The notes under the pieces are model-generated. The model was not told where the DNA came from. It saw only the letters and a list, made by a program, of their open reading frames with translations, and did not search any database. The translations under genes were made by a program, and so were the position numbers. Below are positions 45,003 to 56,024 of a DNA stretch of 64,000 nt, piece by piece (position 1 is the stretch's first letter; every line of letters starts with the position of its first letter). Source of the DNA: Candidatus Izemoplasmatales bacterium (lineage in GTDB: Bacteria > Bacillota_I > Bacilli_A > Izemoplasmatales > Hujiaoplasmataceae); NCBI GenBank assembly GCA_041649275.1, contig JBAZNL010000003.1, positions 34,116 through 98,115 on the forward strand. Direction: 5' to 3'.

Positions 45003-47729
45003 ATGACGAAACGCCTGACCACGATCCTGATGATCTTCCTATTCCTGTGCACGGCGGTCGCCGCGGGCGCCGCGCCGGTCGTGACGGCCGAGACCCCGGA
45101 GGCGAATCCGCGCTTATCTGCTTCCATGCTCGCCGCCTACGGGTGGCTGTCCGCCCAGCAGGACTCCGCCGTCCTCGACGGCAGCGACGAAATATCCGGT
45201 CTCGTCGACAGTTTCGAGGACTATTCCGGTCCCGACCAGCCGATCACCGAGGCGTTCACGTACGACCAGGCGGTCGCGGCGATCGCCTTCCTCGTGGCCG
45301 GCGACGTCGAACGGGCGACGACCGTGCTCACGACCCTGCAGAACCTGCAGGCGGAGGACGGTTCCTGGTGCAACTCCTACTGGTACGGCGGCTACTGGGG
45401 CGCCGAGCTTAGGAAGCACGTCGGTCCCGCCGTCTGGGTCTCGCTCGCGGTGATGAACTACGAACGGATCACCGGCGATGCGGAGACCTTCCACGCGATG
45501 GCCGTCGCCGCTCTCGACTGGGCCCTCGGATACCAGCGGCCCAACGGCGGGATCGCCGGCGGCGAGACCACCTGGGACGTGCCCGGCGTCTGGACCGAGG
45601 AGGTCTGGACCGGCACCGAACACAACATCGACGCCTATCCCGCGCTCCTCTATTTCGCCGACACCACGCCCGCAAGACGCGACGAATACAACGCCGCCGT
45701 GGCGGACGTGCTCGCGTTCCTCACCGATGTCGTCTGGGACGACGCCGAGGGCCGCTTCTTCGGCGGCTTCAAGAACGACACGCAGCTCGTCGACCCGTGG
45801 GTCCCGCTCGACGTCAACCCGTGGGCGGTGCTCGCCCTCGGTACGGACTACGCCGAGGTCCTCGATTACGTCGAGGACGCCGTCGGCGACCCCGTCACCG
45901 GCGTCGGCACGCTCGCGCATCCGAAATACGTTCAGACCCTGACCTACGACGACGAGGGAAGCCTCATGACCGGCTACGACTTCGACTGGCAGGACGACGG
46001 CGCCGCCGCCGACCCGGCCAAGGGCGGCGGGACCTACGCCGCCGACATCTGGATCGAAGGCACGGTCTTCATGGCGTGCGCCTACTACGCCGTCGGCGAC
46101 GAAGCGAAGGGCGACGCGATCCTGTCCGAGGTCGAGAAGAAGATGGGTGCCGGCGGGTCGATGGCCGGCGGCCTGCCCTATTCGCTCAAGGCCTCCAACA
46201 ACCACTACTGGCGCATGCTGCAGCAGAACTGCGTCTCCTCGACCGGCTGGTTCGTGATCGCCGCCGCCGGCTGGAATCCGTTCCAGGGCGAGGAACTCGA
46301 CCCGCTCGAACGGGTCCAGGCACCGACGGTCGACGTCCCGGCCGGCCAGTACGCCGACGCCGTGACGGTCGCGCTTGCCTCCGCGACCCCGGGCGCGACG
46401 ATCCGCTTCACCCTCGACGGTTCGGTTCCCGACGAGACATCGCCTTCCTATGCCGATCCGATCCGGATCGATTCCTCGACCGTCCTCACCGTCCGCGCCT
46501 TCGCGGAAGGATTGCGTCCCTCCGAGACGGCGGTCTTCGACTACGTCGTCGACGACCGGGCGCAAATGCCCGTCTTCAGCCTCGATTCCGGAACCTACGC
46601 CGGTCCTCAGACCGTCTCGATCGCCACCGCGACCGACGGCGGCGAGATCCGCTATACCCTCGACGGCACGGTCCCGACGGCGGATTCCCCCCTATATGGG
46701 GGACCGCTCGAGATCAATTCAGACGCCGTCGTCACCGCGGTCGTCTTCCGAAGCGGCCTCGAGCCCTCGCCCGTGATCCGCGTCCGTTACGTCATCCTCG
46801 CCGTGACCGCGTCGCCGACGCTCTCCGTCCCTTCCGGGACGTACGACGAACCGGTCGAGGTGTCGATCACCCATCCGGATGCGGACGCGGTGATCCGGTA
46901 CACCCTCGACGGAAGCGCCCCGACCGCGCATTCGCCGGCCTACGACGGACCGATCACGATCGTCGCCGACGTGACCGTCCGCGCCGTCGCGATCGTCGCG
47001 GGTGGCGCTCCCTCCGCCGTGGTCGAAGCGACCTACGAGGTCGCCTTCTCGGAAACCCCCTACTCCCTGACGGAAGGTTCCTCGTCTGCGACGATCACCT
47101 GGCTCACGGACTGCGTCTACGTCGACATCCATTACGTCAAGAACGGCGGCGGGCAGCAGAACGTCCGCATGGTCGAAAACGGAGCGACCGGACATCCGGA
47201 GATCACGATCAACGGGCTTGCGGCCGACGACGAACTCGTCTTCTGGTTCACGGTGATGGTCGCCGTCCAGAACGACACGGAACATTTCACCCACGTCTTC
47301 GGGACGTCCGAACCTGAGATCGGAACGGTCTCTACCCCGACCGCGGAGGTCGCCGGTGGCGACGTCGGTCCGCGGACGGTGACGCTGTCCTGCGTTACCG
47401 CGGGCGCCGAGATCCGCTATGCGCTCGGCGTCGGGGCCGATGTCGCCTTCGTCGTGTACCAAGGACCGATCACCATCGAGGAGGATGCCGTCCTCTCGTT
47501 CTACGCCGTCAAGGACGGGATGGCCGATTCGGCCGCCGTGACCGAGACCGTCGAAGTCGATCTCGCCGATGAACCCGGTCCCGATCCGTTCGAGGTGATC
47601 GAACCCGAACCGACCGCTTCCGGCCTTTCGACCCTCGCGACGATCCTGATCGCGACCGGCGGCACGATCGCCGCCGGCGGCACCGTCGTCCTTATCCTCC
47701 TGATCCGCCGCCGCCGGATCCTCGGCTGA
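45003..47729 (+). CDS. large cell-surface protein with an N-terminal (alpha/alpha)-barrel-like glycoside-hydrolase-type domain, tandem approximately 82-aa repeats and a C-terminal TM anchor
   Basis: A signal peptide is present (MTKRLTTILMIFLFLCTAVAAGAA). At least 4 repeats have the pattern (A/E)IR(F/Y)TLDG(S/T)xP...SP.Y..PI.I..., resembling chitobiase/hexosaminidase C-terminal (CHB_HEX_C) or Fn3-like modules. The C-terminus ends with a hydrophobic helix plus RRRRILG. Confidence 0.65.
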   Translation: MTKRLTTILMIFLFLCTAVAAGAAPVVTAETPEANPRLSASMLAAYGWLSAQQDSAVLDGSDEISGLVDSFEDYSGPDQPITEAFTYDQAVAAIAFLVAGDVERATTVLTTLQNLQAEDGSWCNSYWYGGYWGAELRKHVGPAVWVSLAVMNYERITGDAETFHAMAVAALDWALGYQRPNGGIAGGETTWDVPGVWTEEVWTGTEHNIDAYPALLYFADTTPARRDEYNAAVADVLAFLTDVVWDDAEGRFFGGFKNDTQLVDPWVPLDVNPWAVLALGTDYAEVLDYVEDAVGDPVTGVGTLAHPKYVQTLTYDDEGSLMTGYDFDWQDDGAAADPAKGGGTYAADIWIEGTVFMACAYYAVGDEAKGDAILSEVEKKMGAGGSMAGGLPYSLKASNNHYWRMLQQNCVSSTGWFVIAAAGWNPFQGEELDPLERVQAPTVDVPAGQYADAVTVALASATPGATIRFTLDGSVPDETSPSYADPIRIDSSTVLTVRAFAEGLRPSETAVFDYVVDDRAQMPVFSLDSGTYAGPQTVSIATATDGGEIRYTLDGTVPTADSPLYGGPLEINSDAVVTAVVFRSGLEPSPVIRVRYVILAVTASPTLSVPSGTYDEPVEVSITHPDADAVIRYTLDGSAPTAHSPAYDGPITIVADVTVRAVAIVAGGAPSAVVEATYEVAFSETPYSLTEGSSSATITWLTDCVYVDIHYVKNGGGQQNVRMVENGATGHPEITINGLAADDELVFWFTVMVAVQNDTEHFTHVFGTSEPEIGTVSTPTAEVAGGDVGPRTVTLSCVTAGAEIRYALGVGADVAFVVYQGPITIEEDAVLSFYAVKDGMADSAAVTETVEVDLADEPGPDPFEVIEPEPTASGLSTLATILIATGGTIAAGGTVVLILLIRRRRILG
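46380..47500 (+). repeat. tandem intragenic domain repeats (about 246 nt period) within the surface-protein gene
   Basis: The nucleotide cores GATCCGCT(A/T)(C/T)ACCCTCGACGG recur at 46396, 46640 and 46888, with a degenerate copy at about 47407. Confidence 0.55.
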
Positions 47730-47734
47730 CCGCC

Positions 47735-48268
47735 GTGCGCCTGTTCGTCGGGATCCCGTTTTCCGCCGCGGCGATCGCCGCGGCGGAGGAACGCGCGGAC
47801 TACGTGCGGAAGAACAGCCGGCGCGGGAACTTCACCGCCTGCGGAAACCTGCATCTGACCCTCGCCTTCCTCGGCGAAATCGAAGACGCGGACGTGGTCG
47901 CCCGCGTCCTGAACCAGGTCCGATGGACCGCCTTTTCGATCCGGATCGGCGGTCTCGGATCGTTTCCGTCGCGTGGCTCCTCCACCGTGTTCGCCGTCTG
48001 TGACGGCGGCACGGCGCTGTCCATGCTCGCGGATGCCGCGAGGACCGCGCTTCGGACGGCGGGCGTCGCCTACGACCCGAAGCCGTTTGCGCCCCATCTC
48101 ACGCTCGTCCGCGAATCGGACCTCTCCGCGGCGGCGATCGAACGGGGGTCGTTTCCGCCCGCCGTCGTGTCCGTCGACCGCTTCGTCCTCTTCGAATCGC
48201 TCCGGTCGGACGGCCGTCTCGTCTACCGGCCGCTCGCGACCTTCCCCGCCGAAGGCGTTCCGCGATGA
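47735..48268 (+). CDS. thpR: RNA 2',3'-cyclic phosphodiesterase (2H phosphoesterase, LigT/ThpR)
   Basis: There are two H-x-T-x motifs (HLTLAFLG and HLTLVRES) in a 177-aa protein. The start codon is GTG. Confidence 0.7.
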   Translation: MRLFVGIPFSAAAIAAAEERADYVRKNSRRGNFTACGNLHLTLAFLGEIEDADVVARVLNQVRWTAFSIRIGGLGSFPSRGSSTVFAVCDGGTALSMLADAARTALRTAGVAYDPKPFAPHLTLVRESDLSAAAIERGSFPPAVVSVDRFVLFESLRSDGRLVYRPLATFPAEGVPR

Positions 48269-48357
48269 AAAAATCGCTTCATCCGATTGATTCCACTCGA
48301 CAAATCCGAAAAAAATGATATCATATCATATGGACACGCACGAGTGCGGGTCCCGAT

Positions 48358-48431
48358 TGGGCTATGGCCAAGCGGTAAGGCATTGGACTCTGACTCCAAG
48401 ATCGCTAGTTCGATCCTAGCTAGCCCAGCCA
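48358..48431 (+). tRNA. tRNA-Gln (anticodon CTG)
   Basis: The 74-nt sequence TGGGCTATGGCCAAGCGGTAAGGCATTGGACTCTGACTCCAAGATCGCTAGTTCGATCCTAGCTAGCCCAGCCA folds as a cloverleaf. The anticodon loop is CTCTGAC, with a 3-bp D-stem and an encoded CCA. Confidence 0.8.
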
Positions 48432-48443
48432 ATGAAAACATGC

Positions 48444-48481
48444 GAGCCGCGGATGCGAATCCGCGGCTCTTGCTTTTTTTC
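48444..48481 (+). terminator. rho-independent terminator after tRNA-Gln
   Basis: The stem GAGCCGCGGAT pairs with ATCCGCGGCTC across loop gcga and is followed by TTGCTTTTTTT. Confidence 0.75.
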
Positions 48482-48513
48482 CGCAGCCGCGATGGTATAA
48501 TGGAGTCGAAGGG

Positions 48514-49392
48514 GTGAGAGCCGTGCGCGAAGTGAAGGCGAAGACGCTGATCCTCGGACCCTATCACAACTACAACGTCTACCGCGGCTGCACCCACGGG
48601 TGCATCTACTGCGACTCGCGCAGCGCCTGCTACGAGATCGAGCCGCCGTTCGAGGACATCGTCGTCAAGACGAACGCACCCGAACTCGCCGCGTCCGAAC
48701 TCGTGAAGAAGCGGACCAAGATCGTCTGCCGCTCGGGATCGATGTGCGACCCGTACATGCCGATCGAGGAACGCCTCGGTCTCTCGCGGAAGGTCCTCGA
48801 GGTGATCCTCACCCACGGACACGGCGCGGCGTTCCTCACCAAGAACGCGCTCGCCCTCCGCGACCTCGACCTGATGGAAGAACTCTCCCGCCGGACGGCG
48901 GGCATCGCCTGCTTCACCCTCACGACCGTCGACGACGCGCTCGCGAAGCGGATCGAACCGCAGGCGAGTCCGCCTTCGGAACGGCTACGGGCGCTTGCGG
49001 CGTTTTCCGCCCGCGGCGTCGTCGCCGGCGTGTGGATGACGCCGGTTCTGCCGTGGATCACCGATACCGAGGAAAACGTCCTCAAAGTCGTCCGGGCATG
49101 TTCGGACGCCGGGGTGCGGTATGTCGTCGGTTGCACCGGAACGACGATGCGCGACGGCTCGCGGGAGCATTTCTACGCCCGCCTCGACGAGGAGTTCCCC
49201 GGACTGCGGCGGAAGTACGAAGCCCGTTACGGATCCTCCTACGTCTGCAAGTCGCCGATCGCCGACCGCCTCTGGAACGCCTTCACCGACGCCTGCGACG
49301 CCGCCTCGATCAAGTGGCGCGACGAGGACATCGCACCGTTCTTCCGCGTCCGCGACCATGACGTCCAGATCTCGCTGTTCGACGGATCGTGA
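48514..49392 (+). CDS. SPL-family radical SAM protein (spore-photoproduct-lyase / DNA-repair-photolyase-like, COG1533 type)
   Basis: The CTHGCIYC radical-SAM Cys triad (Cx3Cx2C) lies near the N-terminus of a 292-aa protein. The start codon is GTG. Confidence 0.7.
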   Translation: MRAVREVKAKTLILGPYHNYNVYRGCTHGCIYCDSRSACYEIEPPFEDIVVKTNAPELAASELVKKRTKIVCRSGSMCDPYMPIEERLGLSRKVLEVILTHGHGAAFLTKNALALRDLDLMEELSRRTAGIACFTLTTVDDALAKRIEPQASPPSERLRALAAFSARGVVAGVWMTPVLPWITDTEENVLKVVRACSDAGVRYVVGCTGTTMRDGSREHFYARLDEEFPGLRRKYEARYGSSYVCKSPIADRLWNAFTDACDAASIKWRDEDIAPFFRVRDHDVQISLFDGS

Positions 49393-49435
49393 ACGCGACC
49401 GTCATGCAAGGGAATCGAAGAAGGAAGGGGTCTCC

Positions 49436-49780
49436 ATGAAACCGAAACTGATGCTTTCGAGCGCGATCTACCTCACGCTCTACCTGATCGGGGGAACGCT
49501 CTACTACGTGCTCGCCGCCGGCGACATGGGCGAGCGTTTCCCGATCTTCGCCGCGCTCTACGCGCTCTTCGTCGCGATCCACGCCGGAATCGTGCTCGTC
49601 GCCGTCCTCTGCCAGTGGTGGGGATACTTCGGGAACCGCCGCGGTCCCGTCTTCGTTTCCGTGCTGCTCTGCATCGTCGCCGGGATCGAACTCGCGCTCC
49701 TGGTCTACCCGATGGTGGGGATGCTCGTCGCCGTCGTCCTCGGTCTGATCGCGACGCGCCAGCCGAAGACCGCCCGCTGA
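49436..49780 (+). CDS. hypothetical small membrane protein
   Basis: 114 aa with 3-4 TM helices. It has no stand-out RBS and is judged on coding-like composition only. Confidence 0.4.
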   Translation: MKPKLMLSSAIYLTLYLIGGTLYYVLAAGDMGERFPIFAALYALFVAIHAGIVLVAVLCQWWGYFGNRRGPVFVSVLLCIVAGIELALLVYPMVGMLVAVVLGLIATRQPKTAR

Positions 49781-49897
49781 CGGTCGGATCGCCGACGGTT
49801 GACAGCCGACACGGCGCGATGTTATGATGGATCCAAGCTGGCTCCATCCCATCGCGCCTTTTTTCGATCGAGTCTCATGCCAGAAGGAGATGGTCCG

Positions 49898-51286
49898 ATG
49901 CTTGTCAGGATGCTCGACCGCAAGTCCGGCGTTCCCCTCTACGAACAGATCTACCGTCATGTCCTGGACGAGATCGGGCGCGGCGCGCTTCCCGCCGGCG
50001 CACGGATGCCGTCGCGCCGCGAACTCTCCGCCCGGCTCGGATGCAGTCCCGTGACCGTCGATGCCGCCTACGCGCAGCTCGTCGCCGAGGGCTATCTGCA
50101 GGCGCGCGAACGCAGCGGCCATTTCGTCCTGTCGACCGGCTTTCCGGCGCCGGCGCGCCGATCCGCGACCGTCGTCGCGGAAGTCCCCTTCGCCGTTCCG
50201 CGCTACGATCTCGGGACCGCCGCCTTCGACGCCGACCTGTTCCCCTATGCCGTCTGGACCCGGATCGTGCGCGAGACGCTCCGTGAACCGAAGAGCGAAC
50301 TGCTCAACGCCGGCCATCCGCAGGGATCGCGCGCCCTTCGGGAGGCGATCGCGGAACATCTAGCCGCCCAGCGCGGCTTCTCGCCCGACCCGGCGGACAT
50401 CGTCGTCGGCGCCGGTTCCGAATACCTGATCGGGCAGCTCGTCGAGCTGATCGGCCGCGAACCGCTCTACGCGGTCGAGGACCCCGGATATCCGAAGATC
50501 GCGAGGATCGTCGCCTCTCACGGCGCGCGACCGGTCGGAATCCCGCTCGACGGGGCCGGCCTCGATGTCACGGCCCTCCGAACAAGCGGCGCCGACATCG
50601 TCCATGTCACGCCTTCGCACCAGTTTCCGACCGGTGTCGTGATGCCCGTCGGCCGTCGCCGCGAGCTCCTCGCATGGGCGCAGGACGGCGATAGGCTGAT
50701 CCTCGAGGACGACTACGACAGCGAGTTCCGCTTCGCCGGGCAGCCGATCCCGGCGCTCGCCGGCCTCGACGGCGGCGACCGCGTCGTCTACCTGAACTCC
50801 TTCACCAAGAGTCTCGCACCCGCCCTCCGGATCGCCTACATGGTCCTGCCTCCGAGGCTCCTCTCGACCTACCGCGAACGTCTCGGTCATTATTCCTGCA
50901 CGGTATCCAACATCGAACAGGAGACGCTCTCCCGCTTCATGGCCGAAGGACATTTCGAACGTCATCTGGCGCGCGTCCGGAAGACGTGCCGCGACCGTCG
51001 CGACCGCTTCCTCGACCGCCTGCTCGCCTCTCCGATCGGAAACCGACTTTCGGTCCGGTCGGAGGACGCGGGCCTGCACTTCGTGCTTTCCGTCGATCTC
51101 GGCAGGAGCGAGGCGGATCTCGTCGCCGCCGCGGAGCGCCATGGCGTTCGCCTCGCGGGACTCTCGCGATTCGGCCCGCCCCCCTCTTTCGAACCGGTTC
51201 CACGGGTCGTCGTCGGCTATGCCGGGCTCGCCGGCGCGGACGTCGAGGGTGCCGTCGACGCCCTTGTCCGCTCCTGGTCGGAATGA
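49898..51286 (+). CDS. MocR/PdxR-type regulator (GntR HTH fused to class-I aminotransferase-like PLP domain)
   Basis: The N-terminal GntR winged helix reads LYEQIYRHVLDEIGRGALPAGARMPSRRELSARLGCSPVTVDAAYAQL. A fold-type-I aminotransferase-like domain follows. An AGGAGA RBS precedes ATG 49898. Confidence 0.8.
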   Translation: MLVRMLDRKSGVPLYEQIYRHVLDEIGRGALPAGARMPSRRELSARLGCSPVTVDAAYAQLVAEGYLQARERSGHFVLSTGFPAPARRSATVVAEVPFAVPRYDLGTAAFDADLFPYAVWTRIVRETLREPKSELLNAGHPQGSRALREAIAEHLAAQRGFSPDPADIVVGAGSEYLIGQLVELIGREPLYAVEDPGYPKIARIVASHGARPVGIPLDGAGLDVTALRTSGADIVHVTPSHQFPTGVVMPVGRRRELLAWAQDGDRLILEDDYDSEFRFAGQPIPALAGLDGGDRVVYLNSFTKSLAPALRIAYMVLPPRLLSTYRERLGHYSCTVSNIEQETLSRFMAEGHFERHLARVRKTCRDRRDRFLDRLLASPIGNRLSVRSEDAGLHFVLSVDLGRSEADLVAAAERHGVRLAGLSRFGPPPSFEPVPRVVVGYAGLAGADVEGAVDALVRSWSE

Positions 51287-51319
51287 ACGCGAATCTCTCG
51301 TGCGCGCACGCATTTTTAA

Positions 51320-51349
51320 GTGACAAGCGCGGCTCGCGCGTGATATAAT
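51320..51349 (+). promoter_or_regulatory. promoter of the V-type ATPase operon
   Basis: GTGACA is followed by a 17-bp spacer and an extended -10 TGATATAAT. A GGAGGTG RBS and ATG 51383 follow. Confidence 0.55.
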
Positions 51350-51382
51350 GTTAAGGTCGGAAACGAAACGGAGGTGACTGGC

Positions 51383-51687
51383 ATGCCGATATTCGAATCC
51401 ATCCGGACTGCGGAGGAGAAGGCCGAGGCGCTCCGGGCGAAAGCCCAGGAAGAAGCGAAGACGCTTCTGGAACGCGCCCGCATGACCGCGGCCGAAGAAA
51501 CCGCCCGCATCCAGGCCGAAACCGACGCGAAGGTCGCCGCCGTCGAAGCGGAAGCCGCCGCCCGCGCAGAACGCGAGAGCCGGCGGATCGCCGCCGAGGC
51601 CGAAGCGTCCGCGGACGCCGACGCCGCCCGCGCCAAAAACGCGCGGGAACGCGCGCTCGCAGCCGTCATGAAGAAGGTGACGGGCGT

Positions 51688-51691
<4 letters not shown>
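51383..51691 (+). CDS. V/A-type ATPase small peripheral-stalk subunit (G/H-like)
   Basis: 103-aa Ala/Glu-rich helical protein. It is the first gene of the operon and its stop overlaps the start of subunit I. Confidence 0.6.
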
Positions 51692-54079
<2,388 letters not shown>

Positions 54080-54109
54080 TCCACGCATCGCCGCAATCCG
54101 CGGAAGGGA

Positions 54110-54736
54110 ATGATTCCTGTGCCAGCCACCCTCTATGACAAAATCGAACTGAAGGGCGCGGAGGACGCGGCGAAGATCCTCGCCGCGGCCGAAGAGAAGG
54201 CCGCCATGCTCGTCGACGGCGTCATCAAAACCGCCCAAGGCGAGAGCGCGGAGCGCCTCAAGATCGCCGAGCGGGCCGCCGCCGCCGTCGTGCGCAACGC
54301 CGTCACCCAGGCGCGGCAGGCCGCCAAGCGCGTCACCCTCGAACGCCGCAAGGCGGCGATGGACGACGTCTTCGACACCGCCGTCGGCGCCCTCGCCGGC
54401 CTTTCCGACGATGCCTACGCCGCCCTCGTCGCGCGTTTCCTCAAGGACGAAGGCCTGACCGGATCGGAAACGATCCGCGTCTCCGCCCGCGAGCACGCCC
54501 GTTTCGCCCGCCTCTTCTCGAGCAAGGGCGACCTCACCCTCGACCTGCTTTCCCGCCGTCTCGGCCTCAAGGCCGGAACGCTCGCGCTCGATTCCGAGCC
54601 CGCCGCGATCGACGGCGGCCTCTTGGTCGTCGGCCGCGACTTCGACGTCGACCGCTCCTACCGCACCGTGCTTTCCGACCTCCGCGACGGCCTCGAGCCG
54701 GAACTCGCGGAGATCCTCTTCGGCGCGGGTGAGTGA
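54110..54736 (+). CDS. ntpE: V/A-type ATPase subunit E
   Basis: 208 aa. A helical N-terminus (AEDAAKILAAAEEKA) is followed by a C-terminal globular domain. The position in the operon fits subunit E. Confidence 0.7.
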   Translation: MIPVPATLYDKIELKGAEDAAKILAAAEEKAAMLVDGVIKTAQGESAERLKIAERAAAAVVRNAVTQARQAAKRVTLERRKAAMDDVFDTAVGALAGLSDDAYAALVARFLKDEGLTGSETIRVSAREHARFARLFSSKGDLTLDLLSRRLGLKAGTLALDSEPAAIDGGLLVVGRDFDVDRSYRTVLSDLRDGLEPELAEILFGAGE

Positions 54737-55673
54737 CATGAGCTATCCCTACGCGAACGGCGTCGTCAAGGCGCTCGAACCCCGCCTCCTCGACCGGACG
54801 AAGACCGCCAAGCTGGCGCGCGCCGACAAGGGCGCGTTCCTCAAGGGGCTTTCCGACGTCGGCTACGGACGGATCGTTCCCGGGGATACGGTCGAAACCG
54901 CGATCGCGCGCGAACTGCGCGACTACCACGCCCTGCTCGACGGGACCACTCCCGACAAGCGTGCGACCGACCTGTTCTTCCTCGCCGAGGACGCGATGAA
55001 CCTGAAGCTGCTCCTGAAGCGGCGGCTGTTCGGCGCGCCCGCGTTCGACGCGGCCGAGGCCGACGGCGCATTCTTGTTCCCCGGTCTCTCGCGGGCGATC
55101 CTCGACGACGATTTCGAGGAACTCGACCCAAGCGTCGCGGCGTTTCTGCACGGCGTCGTCGAAGCCGTCGCCGGAACCGACGCCGGGTCGCTTTCCGCGG
55201 CCGTCGACAGGGCGATCTACGCCCAGGCGTTCAGATCCCTCGGACTTCTGCCCGACCGGGCGCTCAGAACCTACCTGCAGGCGAAGGTCGACTTCGCCAA
55301 CGTGACCGCGATCTTCCGCATGCGCCGGCTCGGCTGGAAGGCGGAGCGCCTCGCGGCGGTCTTCGTCCCCGGCGGGCGCTACGCCCTCGAGACCCTCGCG
55401 CAGGCGTTCGACGCCGCGCCGGTCGACGCCGCGCGCCTCCTTCAGGACCATTACGACGAGAAGGTGTCGCGGATCGTCCGCGACCAGACCGAGAAGCGCT
55501 CGCTCTCGATCCTCGAATCGCTGTTTTCGGAGCTGCTGCTCGAGACCGCCGGCGAATTCCGAGACGACGGCTTCGGGATCGGACCGATCATCTACTACCA
55601 CCTTGAGAAACGGCGGGAGGCGGACCTGGTCCGCAGCCTTTACGCGCGGGCCGAAGACCGGCCCGCCGTCTGA
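54729..55673 (+). CDS. ntpC: V/A-type ATPase subunit C (d-subunit)
   Basis: 314-aa all-helical protein. It lies between the E and F subunits, and its start overlaps the end of E. Confidence 0.7.
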   Translation: MSDMSYPYANGVVKALEPRLLDRTKTAKLARADKGAFLKGLSDVGYGRIVPGDTVETAIARELRDYHALLDGTTPDKRATDLFFLAEDAMNLKLLLKRRLFGAPAFDAAEADGAFLFPGLSRAILDDDFEELDPSVAAFLHGVVEAVAGTDAGSLSAAVDRAIYAQAFRSLGLLPDRALRTYLQAKVDFANVTAIFRMRRLGWKAERLAAVFVPGGRYALETLAQAFDAAPVDAARLLQDHYDEKVSRIVRDQTEKRSLSILESLFSELLLETAGEFRDDGFGIGPIIYYHLEKRREADLVRSLYARAEDRPAV

Positions 55674-55687
55674 AGGGAGGCACGAAC

Positions 55688-56008
55688 ATGGACAAACAGC
55701 CCATCGAAGTCGCCGCGATCGGTCCGACCGACGCGGTCCTCCTCTACAACGCGGCGGGTTTCATGACCTTCGTCGCGCCGACCCCGGCGGAAGCCGACAG
55801 GATCGTGTTCAAACTCTACGGCGACGGATGCAAGGTGATCCTCGTCGACGAGGATCTCTACGTTGCGATGTCGGAAACGATCCGCAAATACCAGCAGAAG
55901 CCCTTTCCGATCCTGATGCCGGTCCCGATGTCGAAGCCCTCCCTTGGCCTCGGACTGAAGAAAATCCAGGAAAACGTCGAAAAGGCGATCGGCATCAACA
56001 TCTTCTAG
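55688..56008 (+). CDS. ntpF: V/A-type ATPase subunit F
   Basis: 106 aa. The conserved [17 protein letters not shown] and ILVDEDL regions are present. Confidence 0.75.
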   Translation: MDKQPIEVAAIGPTDAVLLYNAAGFMTFVAPTPAEADRIVFKLYGDGCKVILVDEDLYVAMSETIRKYQQKPFPILMPVPMSKPSLGLGLKKIQENVEKAIGINIF

Positions 56009-56024
56009 AAGGAGTCCTGAAACG

